Part shown: positions 1 to 10,729 of the stretch, one piece after another
How the letters are laid out: each line of letters begins with the position of its first letter
Position numbering within the stretch: the first letter of the stretch is position 1
Assembly (NCBI GenBank): GCA_037442365.1
Contig: JBBIQK010000004.1
Span: 12,326 to 76,325 of the forward strand
Direction: 5' to 3'
Origin: Armatimonadota bacterium
GTDB lineage: Bacteria; Armatimonadota; Fimbriimonadia; Fimbriimonadales; GBS-DC
DNA length: 64,000 bases
The notes under the pieces: generated by a model
Database searches by the model: none
What the model was told of the DNA's origin: nothing
The model's input: the letters and a program-made list of their open reading frames with translations, nothing else
Program-made: the position numbers and the translations under genes

Positions 1-2
1 CG

Positions 3-968
3 ATCAAGGAGAGTGTCCATCGCACTTTCACCCCCGCCGTGCTGTCGCAGATGGGGTCGTTTGGGGGGATGATAGCCCTGGATGTGAGCGGCTACCGTCA
101 GCCCGTGCTGACGGCGAGCATTGATGGGGTGGGCACGAAGGTGCGCGTCGCGCGGATGATGAACCAGTATCGTGTGCTGGGGCACGACCTGGTGGCGCAT
201 GGGGTGAACGATTTGCTGGTGCAGGCAGCAAAACCGCTTTTTTTCATGGACTACCTGGCGATGTCCAAACTGGAGCCGCAGGTGCTGCAGGAGGTGGTGG
301 AGGGCGCATCGGAGTTGTGCCTGCAGCTGGGGATTGTGCTGTTGGGCGGCGAGACGGCGGAGATGCCCGATGTGTACCTGCCCGGCGAGGTGGATGTCGC
401 TGGGTGCATCGTGGGGCTTGCCGAATTTCAACAAATCCCGACGCCCAGCCGTGTGGAGGTCGGCGACGCGGTGATTGGCATCGCCTCCAACGGGCTGCAC
501 ACGAACGGCTACACGCTGGCGCGGCGCGTCTTCTTCGAGATGGCGAATATGCGGCTGGACGAACCGCTGCCTGAGATGGGCATGACGCTGGGCGAGGCGC
601 TGCTGCTGCCTCACCGCCCATACCTGAACGCGGTTCTGCCGTTGCTGGAGACCGATGTGATTCACGGCATGGCGCATATCACGGGCGGGGGCTTTTATGA
701 CAACATCCCCCGCGCGCTGCCCAGCGACATGCGCGTGGTGATTGACCGCCGCAGCTGGGAGACGCCGCCGCTGTTCGCCTTGATTCAGCAGCTGGGCAAT
801 GTGCCCGACGCCGAGATGTTCCGCGTGTTCAACATGGGCATTGGCTATGTGCTGATTGTGGCGCGGGAGCGTGCGCAGGATGTGCTGACCAGCCTGCAGA
901 TTTCGGGCGAGCAGGCGTGGCTGATTGGCGAGGTGCAGCGCGGCTCGCGCGAGGTGCAGATTATCTGA
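3..968 (+). CDS. purM: Phosphoribosylformylglycinamidine cyclo-ligase (AIR synthetase), 5'-partial
   Basis: Motifs DGVGTK, FFMDYLA, GGETAEMP, SNGLHTNGY, HITGGG, FNMGIG. Frame is open back to the window edge. Confidence 0.95.
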   Translation: MKESVHRTFTPAVLSQMGSFGGMIALDVSGYRQPVLTASIDGVGTKVRVARMMNQYRVLGHDLVAHGVNDLLVQAAKPLFFMDYLAMSKLEPQVLQEVVEGASELCLQLGIVLLGGETAEMPDVYLPGEVDVAGCIVGLAEFQQIPTPSRVEVGDAVIGIASNGLHTNGYTLARRVFFEMANMRLDEPLPEMGMTLGEALLLPHRPYLNAVLPLLETDVIHGMAHITGGGFYDNIPRALPSDMRVVIDRRSWETPPLFALIQQLGNVPDAEMFRVFNMGIGYVLIVARERAQDVLTSLQISGEQAWLIGEVQRGSREVQII

Positions 969-1528
969 TGCAGGAGCTGGATACACGCCTGTTCTACTGG
1001 ATTTTCGAGGGCTGGCGGGCAGACTGGCTCACGCCCGTGATGATTTTTTTCTCGGACGCGCTGAAGACTCTGCCCGGGCGCATCGGCGCGTTGGTGCTCT
1101 GGGGCTACCTGCTGTGGCGCGGGGGCAAATCGCGCGCGTTCGCCCTGTGGCTGGTTCCCGTATTGATTCTGACGAACGAGACCTGCGACTTTTTGAAGGC
1201 GTGGGTGGGGCGCGAGCGTCCGTGCGTCGCCTTGCCGATTGAAGCCATCACAGGCAAGCTCACTTCGGGGTCGTTCCCGTCGGCGCATGCCGCCAACATG
1301 GGCGCGCTGGTAGGCACGGCGACCGCCGTGTGGGGGCGTCGCGCGCTGCTGTATCTGCTCTGGCTGCCGCTGGTGGTGGGGCTGTCGCGCATCTATGTGG
1401 GCGTGCATTACCCGTCGGATGTGCTGGCGGGCTGGCTGCTGGGCGGGCTGTATGGCTGGGGTGGGGTGCGCCTCGCGCTCTGGGCGTGGCGCACGCGGCG
1501 CGCGCGCGGGGCAGAAGAGGGGGTATAA
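968..1528 (+). CDS. PAP2-family phosphatase (undecaprenyl-diphosphatase-like)
   Basis: PAP2 motifs K..VGRERP, SFPSAH, SRIYVGVHYPSDV. ATG overlaps the purM stop (TGATG). Confidence 0.9.
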   Translation: MQELDTRLFYWIFEGWRADWLTPVMIFFSDALKTLPGRIGALVLWGYLLWRGGKSRAFALWLVPVLILTNETCDFLKAWVGRERPCVALPIEAITGKLTSGSFPSAHAANMGALVGTATAVWGRRALLYLLWLPLVVGLSRIYVGVHYPSDVLAGWLLGGLYGWGGVRLALWAWRTRRARGAEEGV

Positions 1529-1535
1529 TTTGAAC

Positions 1536-1781
1536 ATGCCGCGCAATAGGGCAATCTACATCGGGGTGCTGGTCGTGGCGGCGTCTGCGCTGCTGTATAT
1601 CGGCGGGCAGATTATCCGCACGATCGAATGGTTCCTGCCGTGGGCGGCGGGCGCAGGAGTGGCGCTGATTCTCATCGGGCTGTTCGTGGAGATGCAGAAG
1701 AGCCGCAAACCGAAGCCTGTCGCGTCGGAGACCGCCGCTGCGCAAACCGAGACGCCTGTGGGCGCAGAGGAGAAACGGTGA
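1536..1781 (+). CDS. Small membrane protein (2 TM), unknown function
   Basis: 81 aa with two hydrophobic segments, in a tightly packed operon. Confidence 0.65.
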   Translation: MPRNRAIYIGVLVVAASALLYIGGQIIRTIEWFLPWAAGAGVALILIGLFVEMQKSRKPKPVASETAAAQTETPVGAEEKR

Positions 1782-1990
1782 ACCGCTGGGTACGGCTGGG
1801 CGTCGCCATCCTGCTGCTGGCAATTCTGCTACGGGTGGGGCTGGCGATTTTTGTGGTGGGGCTGCGCGTGGTGCTGGCGCTGTTCCCGCTGCTGATTCTG
1901 GTGGGCGCGGGCTTCGTGGTGTACGGGCTGTACCGCAACTGGCGTCGGCGCGCGCTGGAGCGTCGCGCACCCTACGAACTGGACGACTGA
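1778..1990 (+). CDS. Small membrane protein, unknown function
   Basis: GTG start overlaps the previous stop (GTGA). 70 aa, strongly hydrophobic. Confidence 0.65.
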   Translation: MNRWVRLGVAILLLAILLRVGLAIFVVGLRVVLALFPLLILVGAGFVVYGLYRNWRRRALERRAPYELDD

Positions 1991-1991
1991 G

Positions 1992-2480
1992 ATGAGCGAG
2001 CTGGCAACTGTCTGGCAATTCACGCGCCGTCGGCTGGCGCAAGCGATTGAGGGACTAAGCGACGCGCAACTCAACTGGCGCATGTTTGACGGAGCGCACT
2101 CCATCGCCGAATATCTGTACCATGTGGCGGGGGTGGAACTCTACTGGGCGCATCATCTGGGCGGCTGGCAACCTGCGGACGATTTCGAAGCGGGCGTGCT
2201 GCAGTGTACCTGCGACTCGTTTCTGAACGCGCAACCGTTCCCCCTGTCGCAGGCGCGATGCACCGCGGCGGATGTCGGGCGCGCGCTGCAACTGGCGTAT
2301 GCGCAGTTCGCCCCGATTATCGAGTCGCCGACGCCGGAACAGCTTGCCAAGCCCGTGCGCAGCCCGATTGGCGACCCCATCGACGGGCGCGAGGGGCTGA
2401 TTCGCGCCGCCCAGCACGCGGCGTATCACACAGGGCAAATCTGGCTGATGCGCATGCATCCCCAGTTCCCGACGGAATAG
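1992..2480 (+). CDS. DinB/YfiT-like putative metal-dependent protein
   Basis: SIAEYLYHVAGVELYW and HAAYHTGQI His-triad pattern of the DinB superfamily. Confidence 0.85.
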   Translation: MSELATVWQFTRRRLAQAIEGLSDAQLNWRMFDGAHSIAEYLYHVAGVELYWAHHLGGWQPADDFEAGVLQCTCDSFLNAQPFPLSQARCTAADVGRALQLAYAQFAPIIESPTPEQLAKPVRSPIGDPIDGREGLIRAAQHAAYHTGQIWLMRMHPQFPTE

Positions 2481-2489
2481 CGCCCCGTT

Positions 2490-4301
2490 CTACCTATAGA
2501 GCGCGCCGTAGGCGGCGCAGGCGCGATAGTCCGCGCTCTCCATGTCCTCCGTGCCGAACATGCCCCACTGATGCGGGCGAAAGACGCGCTCCGCGGGCAC
2601 ATTGTGCATCGCGACGGGAATACGCAGCATCGAGCAGAGCGTGATCAGCGCGTCGCCGGTGTGTCCTGCGCTCAGCACGCAGTGGTTCGCGCCCCAGTGC
2701 GCCATCACGGTATACACATCGCGGAACGCGCCGCGTCCCGTCGTGCGGGGCGCAAACCATGTGGTGGGCCATGTGGGGTTGGTGCGCTCGTCCAGCGCGG
2801 CATGCACGGCGTCGGGCAGTTCAATCGTGTAGCCTTCCGCAATCTGCATCACGGGACCCAGCCCGTCCACCAGGTTCAAGCGGAACATGGTCGCGGGCAT
2901 GCCGCCGCGCGTGCGGAAGCGCGTACTCCAGCCCCCGCCGCGGAAGTATTCGAGCATCCCGCAGTGCCATGTGGTCGCCTGCAGGCAGCGCGCCGCCTCG
3001 TCGGGCGACACCTCCCACCACGCTTTGATGGTGGGGCTGCCGTCGGGCGCGGTCTGCTCGCCTGTACCGTCCAGCGCGGCGGGACCCGAATTAATCAGGT
3101 GCAGGAATCCGCCTTCCGCCGCGCCTGTGGGCGCCCAGCCCGCCACGCGCCGCACCGCTTCGGGCGACCAGTAGGTGCGCACATCGGCGAAAATCTGCGC
3201 CGCGCCCGTCAGCAAGTGCCCGAACAGCATGCAGACCCCGTTCAGGTAGTCGTTCTCCGTCGCCACGATGTACGGCTGGCGGATGCCGTTCCAGTCGAAG
3301 CTGGAACACAGGATCGCCTCCAGAAAGTCGCCGTTGGGCAGGTGGTCTGTCCACTGGCGCTGTCCCTGAAAGCCGCCCGCGATGCCGTTGAAGCCGAGCG
3401 ACTCCTCCGCGTAGCCCATCTCGGCGAGCTTCGGGTTGCCCACCATCAGGTCGCGGGCAATCAGCGCCATCTGAATGCTCTGTCGCCAGGTGCGCTCTTT
3501 CTGTTCGGGCGTGAGCTGTTTGTCGGGCGGGTTGTAGTCTTTGCCCTCCGTGCAGTACCGCTTCACCCACTGGTAGGCGCGTTCGAACTCGTCGGGGTCG
3601 TAAATCCCGCGCTCCATGCGGCGCACGAACTCTACCATGTCGACCGTCATCGTGCGCATGCCGAGATAGCGTTGCAGGAAGCCCTGATCGACCAGCGAGC
3701 CGACGATGCCCATCGAGACATTGCCCATCGACACATAGGTTTTCTCGCGCATGGCGGCAACGGCGATACCCGCCTGCACGAACTGCACGATTCGCTCGGC
3801 GACATCGGCAGGGATGGTGAAATCGTCGGCGTCCTGCACTTCGCGCCCGTAGATGCTGAAGGCGGGCAGTCCTTTGTTTGCGTGCGCCGCCATCGCCGCC
3901 GCGAGGAACACCGCCCCGGGGCGCTCCGTGCCGTTGAAGCCCCAGATGGCTTTCGGGCGCGTGGGGTGCATATCCATCACCTCGTAGCCATAGCACCAGC
4001 TGCGCGACACGGTCAGGCTGACCCCTACGCCCTCGCGTTCGAATTTCGCTTCACACGCGGCGGCTTCCGCAATCCCGCCGATGCAGGTATCCGCAATCAC
4101 GCACTCCACAGGCAGCCCGCAGGCGTGGCGTACGCGCTCGGTAATCAGCTGCGCGGCGGCGCGCGCCATTGCCAGCGTCGCCGACTCCATGCTTTCGCGC
4201 ACCCCCTGACGCCGCCCGTCGATCACGGGGCGGATACCCACCTTCGGCAGCGCGCCCTGCAGCCGATTCACTGGCGGATTCACACGAAACTCCGTTTGCA
4301 T
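2490..4301 (-). CDS. fucI: L-fucose isomerase (FucI / D-arabinose isomerase)
   Basis: [55 protein letters not shown]. Start set at MQTEF. Confidence 0.95.
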   Translation of the reverse strand: MQTEFRVNPPVNRLQGALPKVGIRPVIDGRRQGVRESMESATLAMARAAAQLITERVRHACGLPVECVIADTCIGGIAEAAACEAKFEREGVGVSLTVSRSWCYGYEVMDMHPTRPKAIWGFNGTERPGAVFLAAAMAAHANKGLPAFSIYGREVQDADDFTIPADVAERIVQFVQAGIAVAAMREKTYVSMGNVSMGIVGSLVDQGFLQRYLGMRTMTVDMVEFVRRMERGIYDPDEFERAYQWVKRYCTEGKDYNPPDKQLTPEQKERTWRQSIQMALIARDLMVGNPKLAEMGYAEESLGFNGIAGGFQGQRQWTDHLPNGDFLEAILCSSFDWNGIRQPYIVATENDYLNGVCMLFGHLLTGAAQIFADVRTYWSPEAVRRVAGWAPTGAAEGGFLHLINSGPAALDGTGEQTAPDGSPTIKAWWEVSPDEAARCLQATTWHCGMLEYFRGGGWSTRFRTRGGMPATMFRLNLVDGLGPVMQIAEGYTIELPDAVHAALDERTNPTWPTTWFAPRTTGRGAFRDVYTVMAHWGANHCVLSAGHTGDALITLCSMLRIPVAMHNVPAERVFRPHQWGMFGTEDMESADYRACAAYGALYR

Positions 4302-4438
4302 CGTCGCATCACCTCGCGCCTGAGATTCCCCGCACGGCGTGCGCCTCCTGCCAGCCTGTTCTCTACACGAAAACTCCGCAAAAATGCGGGAACTTTCACT
4401 GGGGAATATCAGTATATGGTCTATCGGTGGTACATGTG

Positions 4439-5350
4439 ATGACAGAGGAGAATCTTCAGAGCTATCTGCAGCAGATTCTGGACGAGTTGCGCGCCATCCG
4501 ACGCCTGCTGGAACAGGGGGGAGCAACACCTCAAGAGCCATCGCCTGCGGAGATGTCCGAGACGCGCTCGACGCCGCAGACACGCGCCGCCCTGCCGACG
4601 GAGCTGTCGTCGCTCGTGGCGGAGCAGTTTCTGTGCCGATACCTGCGGGGACGCGAGCTGACGCTGGTCGAAGCGGACGACCTGACGCCGAGCAACCCGA
4701 CCATCCGTGAGCGGATGCATCTGGCGTATTTCATCGGGGAACACTACGCCCTCGCGCGCGGGATGCTGGGCGAATTGCGCGCCACGCTGCAGAGTCCGCG
4801 CACGATCATTCTCGGCACGCAGGGGCTGGGTGAGCGCGAGCTATGCACACTCACCAACATTGCCACGCGCCTGCACAATCTGCATATGCTGGAGTCTTAC
4901 CAGTACCAGCGCCATTCGAAACGGCTGGTGATGCGGGTGCGCCGCCAGCCCTACGCGCACAACTACCTGTCGGGCGAGTGGTTCGAGTGGTATGTGGCGC
5001 AGGCGGTGCGCAAAATTCTGGACGACCAGGCGCCGCTTGTGCTGCGGAATGTGAAGCTGCAGACCACCTCAGGCATCCTGTGCGAGGTCGATGTGCTATT
5101 CGTGGTGCAGCGGGGCAACGAACTCGACATAGGCGTGCTGGAGTGCAAAAGCGCAAATGCGGTTTACGGCGATGAGTTCGCCCAGATTAAGCGCATGGCG
5201 TCGCTGCTGAATCGGGGGATGCTCCGCACGGCGGTGGTGATGCCCGATGCGCCGTCGCCCGCGTTCGCCGACCAGTGGACCGAGCAGTGCGGGGCGCAGT
5301 TCATCGGGCGGAGCGCGCTGGAGCCGTTCCTGCGCGAGCTGGCGCGTTAG
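4439..5350 (+). CDS. PD-(D/E)XK nuclease-domain protein resembling the Card1/DUF1887 nuclease domain
   Basis: [11 protein letters not shown]...RNVKL...EVDVLF...VLECKS matches the G.W.E.YV / E.DV / ECK pattern. No CARF domain recognised. Confidence 0.65.
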   Translation: MTEENLQSYLQQILDELRAIRRLLEQGGATPQEPSPAEMSETRSTPQTRAALPTELSSLVAEQFLCRYLRGRELTLVEADDLTPSNPTIRERMHLAYFIGEHYALARGMLGELRATLQSPRTIILGTQGLGERELCTLTNIATRLHNLHMLESYQYQRHSKRLVMRVRRQPYAHNYLSGEWFEWYVAQAVRKILDDQAPLVLRNVKLQTTSGILCEVDVLFVVQRGNELDIGVLECKSANAVYGDEFAQIKRMASLLNRGMLRTAVVMPDAPSPAFADQWTEQCGAQFIGRSALEPFLRELAR

Positions 5351-5457
5351 CGGGCTGTTCGCCTTTGTACAGGCTGAGATAGGTCTTTGCGTGCGCGCGC
5401 GGCAAATCGGCAGGAACCCGCCCCCGCTGCGTGAACATATGGGCAGGGGTGAATGCC

Positions 5458-7080
5458 ATGCGCAATCGACCGGTGGTGTGGATGGCGGTAGGGGTTCTGG
5501 CGCTGGCAGTCGCGCTCGTGTTGATTGTGGGGCGGGCGCGGCGCGTGAGTCAGGAGCCGCCGCTGGACATCGTGCGCGAATCGCTGGGACAGTTCCCAAC
5601 CCCGCGCGGCGCACGCGAAGTGATCGACGCCTTTCCTGTTGACCTGGACAACGACGGCAACCACGAGGCGGTCGCTGTCCGCCAACGGTTCAGCCGCAGA
5701 CAGGGCGACGCCGCCCTCTGGAGCGACCTCAACGGCAGATTTGAGGCGCTGCCCATCGCCGTGTTCCATCCGAATTTCTACACGCCCGCGCTCCTCTCTG
5801 AAGACGAACGCAGTGGGACGCTTCCGTTGCAACGCGAACTGCTGGGCTGGGAAGCAAGCAGCCAGCGGCTGGTGCGCCTCACCCGTCATGGCGATTCGTT
5901 CCAGACCACAGCGGCAGGCGACTGGCGCGCCGAGCGGTTCCCCAGCGCACGCATAGTCGACTCGGACGGCGATGAGACGCTGGAGACGCTGCAGGTGTTC
6001 CTGAATCCGAACGCTGTCGCGTTCCGACTCGGCGCGGATGGTCGCTGGCAGACGCTGGACGCGCCCGTGTCTGACCCGTACACGGTGGTTCATCGGCTCC
6101 GCCACTCTGTGTCGACGCTCACGCCGAATCCGTCTGGGGGCATAGTGACCAGCACGCCCGCTGTGTTCGATTATCAGCGTCCGCGCCCGACCATCACACT
6201 GCCCGATGGGGACGGCGACGGCGCGCCTGAAACGCTCGATGTCGAACAGCGCATCGTGCGGTTTTCGACGGGCAAGCAAACGCCGTTCCCCCATCCATTC
6301 ACGGCGGGCGAGCAGTGGTTCGTGGCGGAGCTGGACGGAGTCGCCCCACAGGAGATTGTCTATGCCTGCGGCGGCGCGCCCCCACGCTTCGGCTTCGAGG
6401 TGAGCGTCTATCGCCTGCAGAACGGCGAGCTGCGCCCCCTCCTGCAACAGAAGTTGTCGGGAGCGCCCTACCTGGCGCTTGCGGCGATGGATGTGGACGG
6501 CGACGGGCGCGCGGAACTGATTGCCAGCACGAGCGAATCGGGCAATCACATCCGCTGGACCGTCTGGCGCTACGCAAACGGCGCGCTGACTGAGCAATCG
6601 GGCGAGCATCGCGCCCGTCTGGAGCGGCTGGATGATGCGCGCTGGATTGTGCGCGGCAAACGCGCCCTCGCCGCCAGCAGCACCCACCTGCGCCGCAGGG
6701 GATATACCATTGCTTCGCAAGGCGGGGAGACGCACTCGTCGTTTTTTGCGGAAGCGCCGCCGTATTTACAAGCAGCGACCGTGCTGGCGGGCGTACCCGA
6801 AGGAAACGCCGCCGCAGACCCTGCACGCTGGAAGGTTCTCGCGTTGGACGGACGCCTCGTCTGGTTTGGCGACCACGACTCCGACGGCAACGAGGAATGC
6901 ATCGTGAGCCACGACTCAGGAGGCGCGATAGCGCAGTGGCGCGATGGGCAGTGGCGTCTGACCCCGTTGCTCACAGGCGCGCCGATTGTCGCCGCCTTCC
7001 CCGTCCAGCGCAACGGGCAACCTGCGCTGATTGTTGTCTATCGGGACGGCGCGCTTGAGGCGCTCTCTCTGCGTAGATGA
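5458..7080 (+). CDS. Secreted or anchored FG-GAP/VCBS-like repeat protein
   Basis: N-terminal hydrophobic segment. Repeated DxDxDGxxE motifs (DLDNDGNHE, DSDGDETLE, DGDGDGAPE, DVDGDGRAE, DHDSDGNEE). Confidence 0.75.
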   Translation: MRNRPVVWMAVGVLALAVALVLIVGRARRVSQEPPLDIVRESLGQFPTPRGAREVIDAFPVDLDNDGNHEAVAVRQRFSRRQGDAALWSDLNGRFEALPIAVFHPNFYTPALLSEDERSGTLPLQRELLGWEASSQRLVRLTRHGDSFQTTAAGDWRAERFPSARIVDSDGDETLETLQVFLNPNAVAFRLGADGRWQTLDAPVSDPYTVVHRLRHSVSTLTPNPSGGIVTSTPAVFDYQRPRPTITLPDGDGDGAPETLDVEQRIVRFSTGKQTPFPHPFTAGEQWFVAELDGVAPQEIVYACGGAPPRFGFEVSVYRLQNGELRPLLQQKLSGAPYLALAAMDVDGDGRAELIASTSESGNHIRWTVWRYANGALTEQSGEHRARLERLDDARWIVRGKRALAASSTHLRRRGYTIASQGGETHSSFFAEAPPYLQAATVLAGVPEGNAAADPARWKVLALDGRLVWFGDHDSDGNEECIVSHDSGGAIAQWRDGQWRLTPLLTGAPIVAAFPVQRNGQPALIVVYRDGALEALSLRR

Positions 7081-7108
7081 GCGGGCGACGGCTCAGGCGG
7101 CGTTTTGC

Positions 7109-8197
7109 TCACTCGGCCGTGCTGTAGGCGCGGACGATGGAGCCGGCGCCCAGCACGGCGCTGCGCAGGCGCACATGCGGCTCAATCACCACCTCGTCGT
7201 CGAGGATGCAGTCAATCAGCTGGCAGCCGTCGCCGATTTGCACGCGCTCGCCCAGCACGCAGCCGTGCAGCTGACTGCCGCCGCCAATCGCGCACCCCGC
7301 GCCAACGACCGTGTAGCCACTCAGTTGCACACGCGCCTCGATGCAGGCGTTGTCGCCAATCTGGCAGCCCGCTTCGATTTCCGCGTCGGGTTCAATCGCT
7401 ACCTCCGCGCCGACCCAGTAGCCCTGCTCGGTGCGGCGTCCTGCAGGGGGCAGGGCGGTCTTGACCGCGCCGCTGAGCAGGGCGCGCGTCGCACGCAGGT
7501 ACTGCGCGGGGCGACCGATATCCAACCAGAAGCCATGCCCCTCAACGCCGTACACGCGCGCGCCCGCCGCCAGAATCTGCGGGTAGAACTCGCGCTCAAT
7601 CGAGCAGGGGCGCAGGGGAATCTGGGCAATCACCTCTGGCTCCAGAATGTAGATGCCCGCGTTGATCAAATCGCTCCCTTCCATCGGCTCGCCGCGGTCG
7701 GCGGCGCGTTTCTGCTCTTCGGTCGGCTCAATGAACGCCTGCACGCGCCCGTCGTCGGCAATCGGGATGACGCCGTAGGGGTGCGGGCGGTTCACGCGGT
7801 ACAGCGTCAGCGTGACTTCCGCACGACGCTCCTGATGCTGGCGCACAATCGCGCCGATGTCGAAATCGGTCAGGATGTCGCCGTTGAACACGATCGCGCG
7901 GTCGGGCGGCAGCCCCTCAACGGCGTTTCGAATCGCGCCTGCCGTGCCCAGCGGCTCGGTCTCGACGGCGTAGCGCATGCGCACGCCGAATCGGCTCCCG
8001 TCGCCGAAGTGCGCCTCGATACGCTCCGCCAGATAGTTCGTTGCAAACACAATTTCGTCCGCGCCCGCCGCCTTGAGCTGGGCGACCTGGTACTCTAGAA
8101 ACGCGCGGTTCGCCACGGGCATCAGCGGCTTCGGGCGGCGCAGGGTCAGCGGTCTCAAGCGCGTCCCAAATCCGCCAGCGATAATCACGCCTCGCAA
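7109..8197 (-). CDS. NDP-sugar synthase / mannose-1-phosphate guanylyltransferase-like with C-terminal hexapeptide repeats
   Basis: IIAGGFGTRLRPLT..RPKP, EPLGTAGAI, NGDILTD, WLDIG, and a left-handed beta-helix C-terminus. TTG start. Confidence 0.9.
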   Translation of the reverse strand: MRGVIIAGGFGTRLRPLTLRRPKPLMPVANRAFLEYQVAQLKAAGADEIVFATNYLAERIEAHFGDGSRFGVRMRYAVETEPLGTAGAIRNAVEGLPPDRAIVFNGDILTDFDIGAIVRQHQERRAEVTLTLYRVNRPHPYGVIPIADDGRVQAFIEPTEEQKRAADRGEPMEGSDLINAGIYILEPEVIAQIPLRPCSIEREFYPQILAAGARVYGVEGHGFWLDIGRPAQYLRATRALLSGAVKTALPPAGRRTEQGYWVGAEVAIEPDAEIEAGCQIGDNACIEARVQLSGYTVVGAGCAIGGGSQLHGCVLGERVQIGDGCQLIDCILDDEVVIEPHVRLRSAVLGAGSIVRAYSTAE

Positions 8198-8230
8198 AAT
8201 CTGCCTACCTCCTCGCGGCGTAGAGTGTAC

Positions 8231-9982
8231 CTAACTGGGGCGCGGGAAACTCAGCGTCGCGATGGTCTGCCCGTCCTGGCTGCGCATCGTGAACCTGCCG
8301 CGCAGTGTGCCCCGCGTCAGGTTGTCGATAATCTTCAGCCCCAGCGTGTTGCTCTTGCTGGGGTCGAAGTCGGGGGGCAACGGCGCGCCGTCGTTGGACA
8401 CAATCAGCGTCACCTGCCCGTCACTATCCTGTACTTGCACGCCGATTTGTCCCGATTCCTGCCCGCGAAAGCCGTGTTCGATGGCGTTTTGAATCAGCTC
8501 GTTGAGAATCAGCGCGACGGCGGTCGCCTGTTGCAACGGCAGCAGCACATCGTCGCCCTCGACGCGCGAATGGATTTGCTTGCCCGGGGGCGTCAGCGCC
8601 TGCTTCGTGTTGTGCAGAATGCCCGACGCAATCTTGCGCAGGCTCACCATGTCCAGGTCTTCGCGCGAGAGCAGCTCATGCACCTGCGCAATCGCCAGAA
8701 TACGGCTGAGGCTGTCGTGAATCACCTCTTCGATGGTCTTGTAGCGCGAGTAGTGCATCTGCAGGCGCATCAGGCTGGCGATTTGCTGCAGGTTGTTTTT
8801 GACGCGATGGTGCATCTCCTGCAGGATCGCACTGCGCACCATCAGTTTGGCGTGATCGATGGCGAGCGCGGCTTGACTGGCGACGGCTTCGAGGGCGCGC
8901 AGCTCCTCGTCGCTGAACAGGTGCGGTCGGTCGGTGTAGCAGTTCAACACGCCAATCACCTTCTCGCGCACGCGCATGGGCACGCAGACCATCGAGTGCA
9001 GTCCCTCGCGCTGGGCGAGGTCGGGGAATCGGTAGTCGGGATGGGCGCGCACATCGGGCACAACGACGATACGGTCTTCAGCGACGGCGCGCCCCGCGAT
9101 GCTCTCGCCGATGCGCAGCGGGGGCTTCTTGCGATACTCCTCGCTCTCCGCCTGCGTCGCCTTCACCTCCAGCACGCCGCGCTCCTCATCCAGCAGCATC
9201 ACCGTCACGATTTTGTAGCCCATCGTGCGGGCGGTCATATGCACCAGTAGTTGCAGCACCTCTTCCAGATAGAGGTTGCCCGTGAGCGTGCGGCTGATTT
9301 CGGAAAGCGTCGCGGCTTGCGTCGCCGTGCGCTCCAGCTGCTCGATGCGGCTGAGCTGGTTCAGCGCGCCTGCGAGGTGGCTGGCAATCCCCGAAAGCAG
9401 GCGGATTTCGTCCTGCTGGTACTCTTTGGGCGCGCGCGTGCGCACGCTGATAACCCCGAACACCTCGCTGCGCGCGAGCAGGGGCACGGCGAGCATACTC
9501 TCGTACTCTTCCTCGCGCAGGTCGGGATAGAGCTTGAAGCGCGGGTGGCGATACGCCTCGCGGGCGATGGCGATGGGCTTGCGCTCCTGCGCGACCCAGC
9601 CGACGATGCCCTCGCCGGGCTGGAGCCGTATCTGGTTCACGAATCGTGCGTCGTCGCCGGTGGCGGCGCGCAGCACGAGTTCCACCCGCGTCTCATCGTA
9701 CAGAAAGATGTGGCAGATGTCGGTCTCCGTGATGCGCGTGGCGATTTCGGCGATGGACTGCAGCATGCTTTCGGAGGCGAGCGCGCTGCCCGCCGCCTCG
9801 CTGATTCGGCGCAGGGCTTCTACCTCCGCCTCGCGGTCGGCGAGCCGATGCTCCAGAATGTGAATCGTGCGTCGCGCCTCCTGCAGTTCCAGCTCGCGTT
9901 GCTGGAGCGCGATTTTGAGCGCGTTGGGGTCTTCGATGTTCAGCGGGGCGCGCCGCCGCTTCCACGAACGCAGGTATCGCAT
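8231..9982 (-). CDS. Cytoplasmic sensor histidine kinase, 2xGAF + HisKA_2 + HATPase (PdtaS/EutW-like)
   Basis: EMHHRVKNNLQ H-box, LILNELIQNAIEHG, DGAPLP, LGLKII. Two GAF-like domains and no TM segment. Confidence 0.9.
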   Translation of the reverse strand: MRYLRSWKRRRAPLNIEDPNALKIALQQRELELQEARRTIHILEHRLADREAEVEALRRISEAAGSALASESMLQSIAEIATRITETDICHIFLYDETRVELVLRAATGDDARFVNQIRLQPGEGIVGWVAQERKPIAIAREAYRHPRFKLYPDLREEEYESMLAVPLLARSEVFGVISVRTRAPKEYQQDEIRLLSGIASHLAGALNQLSRIEQLERTATQAATLSEISRTLTGNLYLEEVLQLLVHMTARTMGYKIVTVMLLDEERGVLEVKATQAESEEYRKKPPLRIGESIAGRAVAEDRIVVVPDVRAHPDYRFPDLAQREGLHSMVCVPMRVREKVIGVLNCYTDRPHLFSDEELRALEAVASQAALAIDHAKLMVRSAILQEMHHRVKNNLQQIASLMRLQMHYSRYKTIEEVIHDSLSRILAIAQVHELLSREDLDMVSLRKIASGILHNTKQALTPPGKQIHSRVEGDDVLLPLQQATAVALILNELIQNAIEHGFRGQESGQIGVQVQDSDGQVTLIVSNDGAPLPPDFDPSKSNTLGLKIIDNLTRGTLRGRFTMRSQDGQTIATLSFPRPS

Positions 9983-10032
9983 ACCTAAAGTATACCGACG
10001 CGCCGTCGGGGAACGGCGGCGCCTGCTCCAGC

Positions 10033-10641
10033 TCAATCGTGCGTCTCGACGCCCCACTCGGGCACGAGTTTTTGCTCCACGCCCAGCGCCTGTAGCGTGC
10101 GCGCGACGACGGTGTCTACCGCCTCCTCCAGAGTCTGCGGGCGGTTGTAAAACGAGGGGTTCGCGGGCAGAATCACCGCCCCCGCCTCCGCCGCCTGCAC
10201 CATGTTGCGCAGGTGGATGAGGTTGAACGGCGTCTCACGCACGACCAGTATCAGCGGGCGACGCTCCTTGAGGCACACATCGGCGGCGCGGGTCATCAGG
10301 TCGTCCGAGACGCCCTGCGCCACGCGCCCCAGCGTGCCCATGGAGCAGGGAATCAGCACCATCCCATCGTGGCGGAAGCTGCCGCTGGCGGGCGGTGAGA
10401 AGTAGTCGCGCGGGTGCAGCACCTTCAGCCCCGCCCACGGATAGCCCAGCAGCGTCTCGGCGCTAAGCGTCTCGCGCGTGATGTTCAGCCCCAGCTCGGT
10501 CTGCATCACCTGGATTGCCTGCTCGGAGCAGATGAGGTAAATCTCCTGAAAATAGCGCGTCGCCTGCTTGAGGAACCGATGCGCGTAAATCCCGCCGCTC
10601 GCGCCCGTGACGCCCACCACCAGCCGACCTGTGCGAGTCAT
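10033..10641 (-). CDS. ubiX: Flavin prenyltransferase UbiX
   Basis: VGVTGASG, ASGSF, PCSMGTL, RAADVCLKERR, RETP, P.FY. Confidence 0.93.
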   Translation of the reverse strand: MTRTGRLVVGVTGASGGIYAHRFLKQATRYFQEIYLICSEQAIQVMQTELGLNITRETLSAETLLGYPWAGLKVLHPRDYFSPPASGSFRHDGMVLIPCSMGTLGRVAQGVSDDLMTRAADVCLKERRPLILVVRETPFNLIHLRNMVQAAEAGAVILPANPSFYNRPQTLEEAVDTVVARTLQALGVEQKLVPEWGVETHD

Positions 10642-10729
10642 GGCAGGAGTGTACCTCGCGTGGGGCAGTCGGCTCCGTGATTGGTATCACAGAGCAGGAA
10701 GCGTGCGCGGGGGCGCGAATCGGCGAACT

